This document shows, piece after piece, positions 28,553-39,086 of a stretch of 64,000 nt of DNA (the first letter of the stretch is position 1; each line of letters opens with the position of its first letter). A program made the position numbers and the translations under genes. The notes beneath the pieces were generated by a model that worked only from the letters and a program-made list of their open reading frames with translations, searched no databases and had not been told where the DNA came from. Origin of the DNA: a virus; IMG/VR virus record IMGVR_UViG_3300025949_000023, positions 1-64,000 of that record, one strand, 5' to 3'.

Positions 28553-29227
28553 TTATGGTTGTTCTGTAATATGAGGTGAGCCGTCGTTTACATTATCCCT
28601 TGGCTTGCTTTCTTTAGCCGTTAATTTCTGTACCACCATGTCGAATATCATACTTAGCGCATCATCAGGTACATTCATTATATCATCGGCGCTGCCGGTA
28701 GCCGTCCTTGTTGAAAGCATCGGCACCCGTATAGAAAGGTCGGCGCCAATCAAGTCAAAAGCCTGCGTATTTAAAAATAGTGTGCTTCCTTCCACCCATC
28801 CGTACACACCAAAGTTTGGTGTGGCTATTCTATCATAAAATCCTTTTTGGTACGGGTTTACCCAAATTACAGGGAAACTTACCTGGCCCTGCTTAGCAAA
28901 TGTTATTGACTGCAGGCTTATACCCAGCGGCAAACCAACCGGTGGCGAAGGCAGTGTTAATGAATAATAACCAGTGTCTTTATCCTGAGACATATCCGCA
29001 CCGGTAAACTTATAAGTTGTAATAAAACCCTCCGGCACCGAGCGTATTCCCACTTCTTGGAAAGCCCTCTCAGACATTTGAGCAATGACGGCACCTATAC
29101 ATTCGTATGTATACATCCCAATATCATTATCTGTAAGGTCGAATTTTACATCGCTCCAGTTGTTTTGCAGGAATTTCTTAACCCTGTCAAAAAACTGCCC
29201 AAATGTGGATGTGCCTATTATTGCCAT
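28553..29227 (-). CDS. tail ring/adaptor protein
   Basis: Size, position and C-terminal VPDD..IFDMVV pattern. Confidence 0.6.
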   Translation of the reverse strand: MAIIGTSTFGQFFDRVKKFLQNNWSDVKFDLTDNDIGMYTYECIGAVIAQMSERAFQEVGIRSVPEGFITTYKFTGADMSQDKDTGYYSLTLPSPPVGLPLGISLQSITFAKQGQVSFPVIWVNPYQKGFYDRIATPNFGVYGWVEGSTLFLNTQAFDLIGADLSIRVPMLSTRTATGSADDIMNVPDDALSMIFDMVVQKLTAKESKPRDNVNDGSPHITEQP

Positions 29228-29230
29228 GGT

Positions 29231-29905
29231 TTATTCTCCCTGTTTAATGGTGTGCTCCCCGTATTGTACCAGTTGCTCCTCAGTAAAGCTTATACCTACC
29301 AGCCTGCACGTCCTGGCCATTATCTCGTCATTGCTCATATCATCCCATAATGGCTGTACGCTGCCTGCGGGGTCGTACACCGGCCTGCCGTTTACTGTTG
29401 TGTAATTCCACACTACATCTGGTGGGTAAACATAATAACTGGCTTTTATCGTAGATATATATCCTTCGGGGTAAACATGCCAGCCAGTATCTTCTTCCAC
29501 ATAAAATGGTTTACTGGTAGGCGTCATAGGGTCAATGCGTGAATTAATACGCCCCGGCAATTTTGTGTCGTCAATTCTTTCTATTCCCCTGCCGGTAGAA
29601 TCAGTCATTAAAGCAAGGAATTTAAAACCTGTTGGGTAAGGGGCGATATTAGCTGTTACGGCAATTACTTCATTACTTACCTTGAAAGGCGTTAGGTCGG
29701 CGGCAATCTTACTGTCCATGCCCAGCGCAACACGCGGTACAGGTTTTCCATATTGAAACTGCTGCACCTTTCCCAATAAAAAGTCGTAATAATACCGCTG
29801 CGAAGTGTTGTAGGCAAGCATATACTCCTGTGGCGTTACCTGCCCAATCTGGTTCTTTCGAGCCATGAATTGTAAAAAAAGGTAGTTACTATTAACGTTC
29901 GCCAT
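29231..29905 (-). CDS. tail ring/adaptor protein
   Basis: KNQIGQVTPQEY, YYVYPPDVVWNY motifs typical of Bacteroidota podovirus ring proteins. Confidence 0.65.
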   Translation of the reverse strand: MANVNSNYLFLQFMARKNQIGQVTPQEYMLAYNTSQRYYYDFLLGKVQQFQYGKPVPRVALGMDSKIAADLTPFKVSNEVIAVTANIAPYPTGFKFLALMTDSTGRGIERIDDTKLPGRINSRIDPMTPTSKPFYVEEDTGWHVYPEGYISTIKASYYVYPPDVVWNYTTVNGRPVYDPAGSVQPLWDDMSNDEIMARTCRLVGISFTEEQLVQYGEHTIKQGE

Positions 29906-29931
29906 AAAAAAAGGGAGCTGTTATGCTCCCT
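29906..29931 (-). terminator. terminator-like hairpin after groEL
   Basis: AGGGAGC-ATAACA-GCTCCCT followed by a T-run. Confidence 0.6.
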
Positions 29932-29963
29932 GTAAAAATATGAATAAATTATAAACTTAAAAT

Positions 29964-31577
<1,614 letters not shown>

Positions 31578-31586
31578 TTATTGAAG

Positions 31587-32510
31587 CTATTTATCCGTAA
31601 CCAGCAAAATCTCCCTTTCAAACAGCACAAGGTATTCTTCGCCGTCCACCACTACTTTAGCGCCTGCATTTTTACCGAAATGCGCGGTATCGCCGACTTT
31701 TGCCTCCATTGGTATTAATTCGCCTGTGCCGGTAGCGCGTTCGCCTGGACCTACCGCAATCACCTTGCCCTGCAGTACTTTAATATCCGCATTGCCTGGC
31801 ACTACAAATCCGCCTGCTGATTGCGCAGGTGCTGTATCTGGTTTTACTAAAACCTTGTCTCTAAGTACTTTTTTCTTTGAACTCATATACATGCGTGTTA
31901 ATCCGAATAACGGATGGTTTGTTAATCTTCTGCCTGCTTTTATATATGTACCAACCACGTCCTCGTTTGTAACAACCACCTGCCTGCGCACTTCATTATT
32001 CCACTGGTAAACAACTTCGTAGTCTGCATATTTGTAAACTATAATCGTGTCGTTCCGGCAAATATCTTCAAAATCGCTGGCCACCACCTTCATTAAGTTG
32101 TCCTCGGTTTTCCGGCTGGCATCCGTTACGCCTTCAACCATTGGCACTTCTATTCGTTCGCAAATAAGATTTTTATTCAGCGGGCGCAGGTCGCCATCTT
32201 CGTCAACGAAAGAAAGAATCCACCTATCATAAGGCAAAACACTGGTACGTATGCCGTTTTCTGTTTTTACCAAAAACTCCTGGTCGAAGATAAGGTTGTG
32301 GTGTACTACTACGTATTTGCCTATTAAATGCTCAGGAACGCCAGTGCCTACCTGTTTAACCAATCCTACTACTGGCTGCGTCTCCCTGTTATTTGTGTCA
32401 TACAAGTGCCTGTTGGGCACAATATGAAACGTTACGCCATTTTCAAACGTATAAGATTGTTTTTGCTCAAGTGAGCTTTCAATAAGTATCGTGCCGCGTA
32501 GTGGTGTCAT
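31587..32510 (-). CDS. groES: co-chaperonin with two divergent GroES-like domains plus one canonical GroES domain
   Basis: C-terminal LRDKVLVKP..SAGG..GKVIAVGPG..KVGD; N-terminal PLRGTILIE and RPLNKNLICE repeats of the GroES first strand. Confidence 0.85.
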   Translation of the reverse strand: MTPLRGTILIESSLEQKQSYTFENGVTFHIVPNRHLYDTNNRETQPVVGLVKQVGTGVPEHLIGKYVVVHHNLIFDQEFLVKTENGIRTSVLPYDRWILSFVDEDGDLRPLNKNLICERIEVPMVEGVTDASRKTEDNLMKVVASDFEDICRNDTIIVYKYADYEVVYQWNNEVRRQVVVTNEDVVGTYIKAGRRLTNHPLFGLTRMYMSSKKKVLRDKVLVKPDTAPAQSAGGFVVPGNADIKVLQGKVIAVGPGERATGTGELIPMEAKVGDTAHFGKNAGAKVVVDGEEYLVLFEREILLVTDK

Positions 32511-32681
32511 TTATTTCTTTTTTGCTTTCTTCTCTGCTGCCCTCCTTTCCTTCCTGTTGGGGAATGAGCCGGTTACTGTTGTTGTGCCTGGCAAAAACTC
32601 TTTTGTGCTGCCAAAAAATGGAACATTCTTTTGAGGCAGTTCTTCGTTTTGTACAAGTTCTGCCGTATGTTTCTTTTCCAT
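32511..32681 (-). CDS. 56-aa basic protein (frame differs from the ORF track)
   Basis: MEKKHTAELVQ...PNRKERRAAEKKAKKK exactly fills the gap. Confidence 0.55.
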   Translation of the reverse strand: MEKKHTAELVQNEELPQKNVPFFGSTKEFLPGTTTVTGSFPNRKERRAAEKKAKKK

Positions 32682-32683
32682 GG

Positions 32684-33460
32684 TTAAAATTTATCAAACT
32701 CAGGATTTCGCTCGTCTACCCATTTCTGCATCACGGCTGGATGTTTGAAATCAATCGGCACCACATCTGCTGGTGTAAAACCGGCATTCCATGGGTCAAA
32801 CTTTTCAACCCCATCAACTCTTGTGTCATGTGGTATTTGGAATATTTCGTCTTGAATGTGTTTAATCTTAACGATATGCTTTGCCCTCGAACGAACAAAG
32901 CCATAATGCACGATTTTTATTTCATCCACAAAATGGTCTCTCGCGTCAGAAAGTTGGCTTTCACCATCCCCTATACTGGGATAAAAAGTGCGTGAAAGAC
33001 GAATGATATGGGTACCCACCGGGCTTCTGTTTTCAGGCACATTAAGACGGTGGTAACAGTCCCCCCACAGGTTCACCCGGGTAACATAAAACCCCTCCTC
33101 ATTTGTCTTTATAGCGCGTTTAATGGCATCGTAGCTGCTGGGCAAGCATATTTCATCAGATTGAAGGAGAAAGTACCAGTCATACCCATCTGCATTTGCC
33201 TTCCGTTGAAGTTGATTTTGAAAATATGATAACTTTTCACGGCCCTGCTGGGAATCCCATTCATCTTTTGTTATAAGATATAACTTAACCCTGTCATTAC
33301 TTTTAAATTCAAGGTGCAATATATCTGCCGTTCCATCTTCACCACCAGCGCCTACATAAACCATATCGCAAAATTCAAGAAGGCTGTTTACAGTCTCTAT
33401 GAAATTGTAGTCCTGCGAAATGCCACGATAGCAAAAAGTAACGCCTGCTAACTTTTTCAT
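32684..33460 (-). CDS. glycosyltransferase family 2-like protein
   Basis: EDGTADIL, WYFLLQSDE (DxD-like), IVHYGFV; ATGA overlap supports the start at 33460. Confidence 0.75.
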   Translation of the reverse strand: MKKLAGVTFCYRGISQDYNFIETVNSLLEFCDMVYVGAGGEDGTADILHLEFKSNDRVKLYLITKDEWDSQQGREKLSYFQNQLQRKANADGYDWYFLLQSDEICLPSSYDAIKRAIKTNEEGFYVTRVNLWGDCYHRLNVPENRSPVGTHIIRLSRTFYPSIGDGESQLSDARDHFVDEIKIVHYGFVRSRAKHIVKIKHIQDEIFQIPHDTRVDGVEKFDPWNAGFTPADVVPIDFKHPAVMQKWVDERNPEFDKF

Positions 33461-34050
33461 TCTATTACCTCCATTTCTTTTGCCCAAGGTTTTGTTTCAA
33501 GTTCTGCCTGCACGCGGTCAAATTCTTCCTGCAGGTTATAGCAGCGCATGCCAAACCAGGCCCCGATACCTAAAGTCGGGTGGTAAACAGGAAATACAAT
33601 ATGCATCCATTCGTCAGAAAGGTCTCGTGGTGTCCAAAGGCTATGATGCGCCTCCGGGTCAATATTATCTTCCGGCGCTTTCATCCACCAATCAAGTGGC
33701 GTAAAAATAATCTGCTTGTTGCTTCTTTTTTTCATCAGGTTAAGCAACCTGAAACCATCCATCTTTTTAAGATGTTCTATTCCGTCCAGGCAAAAAGAAA
33801 CGTCGTAATACTTACCTGTTTTTTGAAGATATTCCAGTACATCGGCCTGCACAAAATGCTCTTGCTCCTCTCCAATATCCCGTTTTAATATATCAACATA
33901 CCAACGGTGTTTAAATCCAAGCTTACGGGTATGGGGACAAAGATTGCTACACAAATCCACCATGTCAAATCTTTCTTTGCCAACCATTGCATTAAGGCAA
34001 TCTGTATAAACCTCGTCGTTGCCGTTTACTGTTGGGAATGTTATTGTCAT
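33457..34050 (-). CDS. class I SAM-dependent methyltransferase-like protein
   Basis: MVDLCS motif I variant, YDVSFCLDGIEHL, IIFTP, HHSLWT. Confidence 0.7.
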   Translation of the reverse strand: MTITFPTVNGNDEVYTDCLNAMVGKERFDMVDLCSNLCPHTRKLGFKHRWYVDILKRDIGEEQEHFVQADVLEYLQKTGKYYDVSFCLDGIEHLKKMDGFRLLNLMKKRSNKQIIFTPLDWWMKAPEDNIDPEAHHSLWTPRDLSDEWMHIVFPVYHPTLGIGAWFGMRCYNLQEEFDRVQAELETKPWAKEMEVIE

Positions 34051-34577
34051 AGTTCGCTAAATTCTTGTTTTGTAATTGTTTTCATACAACCAGGACCTCG
34101 GCCAACATCTTCGGTTGACTTTATGGGGTATATCTGCACACCTTGTGTGGTTTCAACATAAAAAACATCAATCCCTTTATATGTTTTATAACCTTGCTGG
34201 GTCGTTTGACTAACCTGTCTTTCAAATTCAATAGTTATGCTTTCTTTTTTCAAAGGACACCAATCAGGGGTAATTGGGTTGTAGTTTTTATCGCCTTCAA
34301 TTTTTGGCTCAAATACATAAACATTGCCAATAGTGCAGCCGTCCACTACCTGTACCCTGTCGTCAAACACACTCCCGCTGCCATTAAAATAACCGGCTCT
34401 ATATTTATTATATTCCTCCTGCGTCAATTCCGGTTTGATAAAATTATCTCTCCCCACAATCCCTACATATTGCTTTATATCAACCGGTCTGTCAGGGTGA
34501 TGGCAGTAAAGTTCATATTCATCACCCGTGCCATCATATAAAGGGCAATTAACGCAACCCGTTATTGTTTTTGTCAT
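34047..34577 (-). CDS. hypothetical Cys-containing protein
   Basis: GCVNCP, YCHHP and PDWCPL motifs. Confidence 0.6.
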   Translation of the reverse strand: MTKTITGCVNCPLYDGTGDEYELYCHHPDRPVDIKQYVGIVGRDNFIKPELTQEEYNKYRAGYFNGSGSVFDDRVQVVDGCTIGNVYVFEPKIEGDKNYNPITPDWCPLKKESITIEFERQVSQTTQQGYKTYKGIDVFYVETTQGVQIYPIKSTEDVGRGPGCMKTITKQEFSEL

Positions 34578-35980
34578 AAAATACTTTTAATTACTTCTAC
34601 TATATCATAAGCCGTATGTTGAGTACAACGCGGTATTTCGTCGCCCATAAGGCACTGTACGCCGCGGGTTCCCACTTCGGAATGGTAGCAGCCCTGTTTT
34701 ACACAAAAGCCTTGTATGACGCTTAAATTATCAAAATCGCTGTACCTCAGTTCGGGTGTTACGCTCCCAAAAAAACCTATACACTTAACGCCTAAAGCTA
34801 TGGCCACCTGCAAAGGGAAACTGTCTGTACCTATAAAAATATCAGCCCCGCCAATCATGTAATTCAGCATTTCGTAGTTATGGGTGTTGATATGCGTTCC
34901 GAATTGTTTTCCTGCACCTTTTCCCACCTGCAACACCATATATCCCTTTCCGGTCAAAAACGCAAACACCTGCAGCCAGTCCCGTTGGCTCACTGCAATG
35001 TTTCGCCAGGGCATGTCCGTATCGTCAATATGTACCACCGCGTACTTGCCAAATAGTTTTGCATGCGGCGGGCAGTAGCTTGTTAGCTGGCTGTTTTTCA
35101 TTTCGCCATCTTCGATACCCGCTGCCTCGTAATAGGATTTTAAAACGGGTTGCTGCGGCTTGCTTTCGTAGGCCATATCCAAGCCTATAAACTTAACACC
35201 AGGTGCCGTAAGCAGCTCTATGCGCGTCTGCGTAATATGTTTCACGGGAAACCTATGGTGTTTAAATGGCTCCCAAAACTGTATAGGTGTATCAAGCACC
35301 GGCTGGTACCCGTCATTCCAAAGTCTTTCAAGCAGCGGCTCTGTCATTATCACATCACCGGCAGCAGCCTGCCGTGTTACTATTGCATGCGGCCTGTAAG
35401 GTTGGTGGTAGTATTGGTGAAATCCAAAAGTAGGATGCAGTGGCTCAATAAGCTCGTAAGAAAACTTCTGTGCGACTTCTACCGGAGCGAACTTATACCC
35501 CACTGTTTCAAGGTATTTACCATACAGCCGGCAAGTAATTTCATCTTCTGGATGCGTTATAGCGATATGCTGGTCAATCCTTAACCAATACATTAGCTCT
35601 TTGCTCCGCAGGCTGAAACCACCATTGCCTACTGAATTATTATCGTTGTATGGCCACGGGGCGCCAATATAATCATACTGTAAAAATTCATCACTCCATT
35701 GCTTTCCGTCAAGCACGTAGCCGTCATGCTGAATAATAAGCACATGCTCGGTAAACACCCACTTACAAAGTTCTTTTACAACAAAGCGTGAATAATCCTC
35801 TTTGCTTTTTAACGCATCAATCTTCCCTATATATACACCAGGAATTGGCAATTCAATATCTGTAAAAAAAATAGTCTTGGCAGGCTGTATTTGCTCCAAA
35901 GAGCGCCTTATTGCCTTCATAGCACCTGCATGGTGTTTAGTGTCTATACACACCATTGTTACTGTTGGGAGATTAATCAT
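34574..35980 (-). CDS. two-domain glycosyltransferase: DUF5672-like GT-A domain plus GT9-like domain
   Basis: QHDG, YDYIGAPW, VGNGGFSLRS, PED, FGFH; then AAGDVIM and FIGTDSFP..VA; likely start MINLP at 35980. Confidence 0.8.
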   Translation of the reverse strand: MINLPTVTMVCIDTKHHAGAMKAIRRSLEQIQPAKTIFFTDIELPIPGVYIGKIDALKSKEDYSRFVVKELCKWVFTEHVLIIQHDGYVLDGKQWSDEFLQYDYIGAPWPYNDNNSVGNGGFSLRSKELMYWLRIDQHIAITHPEDEITCRLYGKYLETVGYKFAPVEVAQKFSYELIEPLHPTFGFHQYYHQPYRPHAIVTRQAAAGDVIMTEPLLERLWNDGYQPVLDTPIQFWEPFKHHRFPVKHITQTRIELLTAPGVKFIGLDMAYESKPQQPVLKSYYEAAGIEDGEMKNSQLTSYCPPHAKLFGKYAVVHIDDTDMPWRNIAVSQRDWLQVFAFLTGKGYMVLQVGKGAGKQFGTHINTHNYEMLNYMIGGADIFIGTDSFPLQVAIALGVKCIGFFGSVTPELRYSDFDNLSVIQGFCVKQGCYHSEVGTRGVQCLMGDEIPRCTQHTAYDIVEVIKSIL

Positions 35981-36188
35981 TGGATTCCTCCAGTATTGTT
36001 GAAGGTTCTTTATCCATGCTTTTAGCGATAGCCTCAACCGCTTTCCAGGTAGTAAGAGAAACAGATGAACGCATGATGGCAGACTTAACGCCACCTTCTC
36101 CTACGCCCATAAATGGTGCTATCTGTTTCTGCAAATCAGGATTTTTATGCAGATAGTTTAAAGCCTCAATTGTTAAATGTGTTGCCAT
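35973..36188 (-). CDS. small HTH-like DNA-binding protein
   Basis: IAPFMGVGEGGVKSAI helix-turn-helix pattern. Confidence 0.55.
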   Translation of the reverse strand: MATHLTIEALNYLHKNPDLQKQIAPFMGVGEGGVKSAIMRSSVSLTTWKAVEAIAKSMDKEPSTILEESND

Positions 36189-36381
36189 GTACTTTAATTA
36201 AAGCCAGCACTTACGCGGCTGGCTTACGGTGTAGTATATTCTTCTCTGTCATTCATTGGCTCATACAACACTTCTATTGCCTTTGACGGAGCATGCGGTC
36301 TGCATAGTCTTGCATGCGTTGGTTTTTCGGCTCTTTGCAGCCTAACCGGCCCTGATTTGTCCGGCACCCTGTATAAGATTG

Positions 36382-36456
36382 CAGAACGTACGGGTGTCGA
36401 ACCCGTTTGAATGCTCCCGTGACAGGGGAGTGGCCTAACCGTTAGCCCAACGTTCC
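36382..36456 (-). tRNA. tRNA-Asp (GTC), CCA not encoded
   Basis: GGAACGT/ACGTTCT acceptor, GGCT/GGCC D stem, CTCCC-CTGTCAC-GGGAG anticodon arm, ACGGG-TTCGACA-CCCGT T arm, G discriminator. Confidence 0.9.
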
Positions 36457-36523
36457 AAAAAAGAGCGACGGAAAAAATTTAAAAACCGCCGCCCTTCATT
36501 TATACCTAAACTGCTTGCGGAAA

Positions 36524-36565
36524 CAAACGTAAAATGAAATTCACTAATAAAAAAATTTATCTTTG
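36524..36565. promoter_or_regulatory. divergent promoter -7 boxes
   Basis: TACGTTTG on minus (36531-36524) and TATCTTTG on plus (36558-36565). Confidence 0.55.
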
Positions 36566-36592
36566 CATTTTATTGCAATATCTTTATCGGGT

Positions 36593-37036
36593 ATGAAGAA
36601 AAAAGACAAACCACCAGTTGAGAATACAGAAGTTCAAGATGCTGTATTTGAGCAACCGACCGACCCTAAGACGTATGACGAATGCACTACAGATGCACAG
36701 CGACTAAGTTTCTTAAATGCTGTTGTGGGCGCTCAAATGGCTGAGATTTCAGAGCTAAAGCAGATTAAGCAGGACTACGAGAATGATGCCATCTACAGCA
36801 TGTACTTCGCCACCAACCGAAAAGCAAACCACTGGGCCAGGATGATTAACGGACTGGATATTTCTATACCCGCGCAGGCAAAACAGTATATGGATATGCT
36901 TAAAAACCAGGATGTGATTGCCGCCTCACTGAATAAAATGCGTAGGGAGTACTTGAAGCTGGATGAATCTGAATTGGCAAAGGCCGAGGAGAAAGGTGTT
37001 CCGCTTATTGAGCAACAGGGTAAGAAACAAAAATGA
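36593..37036 (+). CDS. hypothetical helical protein
   Basis: ATG at 36593 downstream of a -7 box; coiled-coil character. Confidence 0.6.
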   Translation: MKKKDKPPVENTEVQDAVFEQPTDPKTYDECTTDAQRLSFLNAVVGAQMAEISELKQIKQDYENDAIYSMYFATNRKANHWARMINGLDISIPAQAKQYMDMLKNQDVIAASLNKMRREYLKLDESELAKAEEKGVPLIEQQGKKQK

Positions 37037-37866
37037 TAAAGATGGCATACGTTTATAGACATATTCGATTAGATACAGGGAAACCGTTTTATATTGGCGT
37101 TGGTAAGGATGAAAATGGTAAATACTCTCGTGCGCATAGCCATCAAAACAGAAACAATCACTGGTATGGTGTTGTAAAAAAACACGGCTACGAAGTTGAA
37201 GTTTTAATTGATGGGCTAACTTATGAGCAAGCTATTGAGAAAGAATTTGAATTTATTGCTTTGTACAAAAGGGTGTTGGATGGGGGTACTTTAGTAAACC
37301 TGTCTCTTGGAGGCGGTGGCACTCTTGGGGTATATCCTTCTGACGAGACAAGACTTAAGCAAAGTTTAGCTAAAAAAGGAAGGCCATCGCCATTGAAAGG
37401 TATTCCTGCTACTCCTGAAAAAGTTCAGCATTTAAAACAGTTCTGTTTTAAGAAAGGTCAAGAAAGTTGGGTAAAAGGTAAAAAAATGCCACCAGGAATG
37501 GCTGAAAAGTGCAGTAAAATAAAAAAAGCTTTTTACGCAGATAAACCGGGCCCGCGTACAGGCAAAAAAAATTCAGAAGAATCCTTAAGAAAGATGAGGG
37601 AGACTAAAGCTAAAAACCCCCAAAAGGCTTGGAATAAAGGTAAACGACCTTCTAATGAAACCATAGCTAAAATAATGGCTACAAGGAATTTTAAAGTTGT
37701 TTACCAGCTTGATTTAAATAGGAAGCTTATTAAAGAGTGGCCTTCAGTATCAGAAGCAGCAAGAGATATGCACATTCGAAAAGGGCATATCTCTAACTGT
37801 TGCCTTGGTAGATTAAATACCTACAAAGGATTTATTTGGAGCTATTCTAAGCCTGAAACAGGTTAG
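37033..37866 (+). CDS. GIY-YIG homing endonuclease with NUMOD3/NUMOD1 domains
   Basis: YVYRH..FYIGVG, ETRLKQSLAKKG, AWNKGK, VYQLDL..IKEWPS..EAAR..ISNCC..YKGFIW. Confidence 0.85.
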   Translation: MIKMAYVYRHIRLDTGKPFYIGVGKDENGKYSRAHSHQNRNNHWYGVVKKHGYEVEVLIDGLTYEQAIEKEFEFIALYKRVLDGGTLVNLSLGGGGTLGVYPSDETRLKQSLAKKGRPSPLKGIPATPEKVQHLKQFCFKKGQESWVKGKKMPPGMAEKCSKIKKAFYADKPGPRTGKKNSEESLRKMRETKAKNPQKAWNKGKRPSNETIAKIMATRNFKVVYQLDLNRKLIKEWPSVSEAARDMHIRKGHISNCCLGRLNTYKGFIWSYSKPETG

Positions 37867-38087
37867 GCATTAGCCAGTGTTCGTATTGCGCTCACTGTCT
37901 CAGAACAACCATAAATAAACCCGTTTGCCAGTGTTATTTGGCTATACAGGTGGTAAATATTATTGCCGAGGTAAGGGCCAACATTATTAATTTCAGCAGG
38001 TGAAATAAGCAGATATTTAGGCGTTTGTGGTACGTTGCCGGGGTTGCCATTTATTTCATATACTGACACCTGGAATAACTGAGCCAT
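37863..38087 (-). CDS. small conserved phage protein
   Basis: ORF with its own TATATTTG box at 38114-38107; ends ETVSAIRTLANA. Confidence 0.6.
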   Translation of the reverse strand: MAQLFQVSVYEINGNPGNVPQTPKYLLISPAEINNVGPYLGNNIYHLYSQITLANGFIYGCSETVSAIRTLANA

Positions 38088-38121
38088 AGTTTTAAATTTT
38101 AATTCTCAAATATAAAATAAA

Positions 38122-38961
38122 ATGGAACAAACGGACGAAAAAATAATTACAGCGCATCATAGTATGGCATGCGGAGATTTAATTGCGTGTATGGCCGGTA
38201 TGAAAGCAGTCTACGAAAGGACGGGGCAAAAATGGTTAATCTACCAAACGATTGGGTTGCCTGCCATGTATTATGAAGGCTGCATTTACGGCACACATAG
38301 TGAAACCGGTGTACCGGTAACCATGAATGAAACCCTGTTTAGGATGCTTCGCCCGCTGATTACAGCGCAGGAATACATCCACGATTTCAGAATCTACCAG
38401 CTTGAAAAGGTGGATGTGGATTTTGACAAGATGTTTACCCTGGGCAAGTGTAATAAACCTTTTGGTATAATACAGCGCTGGCCGTTCTATGCGTTTCACG
38501 AATTGGCTATTGACTGCGATTTAAGCAAGCCATGGATAAGCGTGCCTGAATTAGAAGACGGTATTCTTAAAAGTAATTTAAATGAGTGTATTCTTTTAAA
38601 CAAAACAGAACGCTATTCTCATGGACTTAGATACACTTTTTTAGGTGACTCTCCGTACAGAGGAAGTGTAATTTTCTTGGGAACTAAAACCGAATTGCAA
38701 AGGGTTATTAGCGAACATGCCATTACTCCCGGATACTTAGAATTAGAGAATTTCCTACAGGCTGCTCAATATCTTTCCTGCTGTAAGGTATTTGTTGGCT
38801 CACAAAGCTTTCTTTACAATCTCAGTGAGGCTATGAAGATACCGCGCGTGGTAGAAGTGTTTCCCCCGGCGCCTAATTGTATACCCATTGGAAAAGATGG
38901 GTATGACGCTATGTGGCAGGAAGGGCTGGAATGTTATGTAAAACATTTGTTTGAGAAATAA
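38122..38961 (+). CDS. GT9-like (GT-B) glycosyltransferase
   Basis: GDLIACM, FLGTKTE, CKVFVGSQSFLYNLSEAMKIPRVVE. Confidence 0.7.
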   Translation: MEQTDEKIITAHHSMACGDLIACMAGMKAVYERTGQKWLIYQTIGLPAMYYEGCIYGTHSETGVPVTMNETLFRMLRPLITAQEYIHDFRIYQLEKVDVDFDKMFTLGKCNKPFGIIQRWPFYAFHELAIDCDLSKPWISVPELEDGILKSNLNECILLNKTERYSHGLRYTFLGDSPYRGSVIFLGTKTELQRVISEHAITPGYLELENFLQAAQYLSCCKVFVGSQSFLYNLSEAMKIPRVVEVFPPAPNCIPIGKDGYDAMWQEGLECYVKHLFEK

Positions 38962-38982
38962 TATATATTTGCCTCAACAAAA

Positions 38983-39081
38983 GGTGAAAGTTGATATTGG
39001 AGCTATTAACTTGCACTCCGGGTTAAAATAAAAAAATGGTTTGCAAGTACGCGGCTCCAACGCGGAAAGCAAGCCTTTTTT
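38983..39081 (+). promoter_or_regulatory. kissing-loop/terminator leader of the replication initiator
   Basis: Two hairpins with complementary loops TTGGAGC and GCTCCAA; the second ends in a T-run; TATATTTG box at 38964-38971. Confidence 0.65.
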
Positions 39082-39086
39082 GTTAT

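Noticed and set aside
32479-32697. 72-aa ORF in the track
   Set aside because: Overlaps both neighbours; the frame 32511-32681 fits the gap exactly
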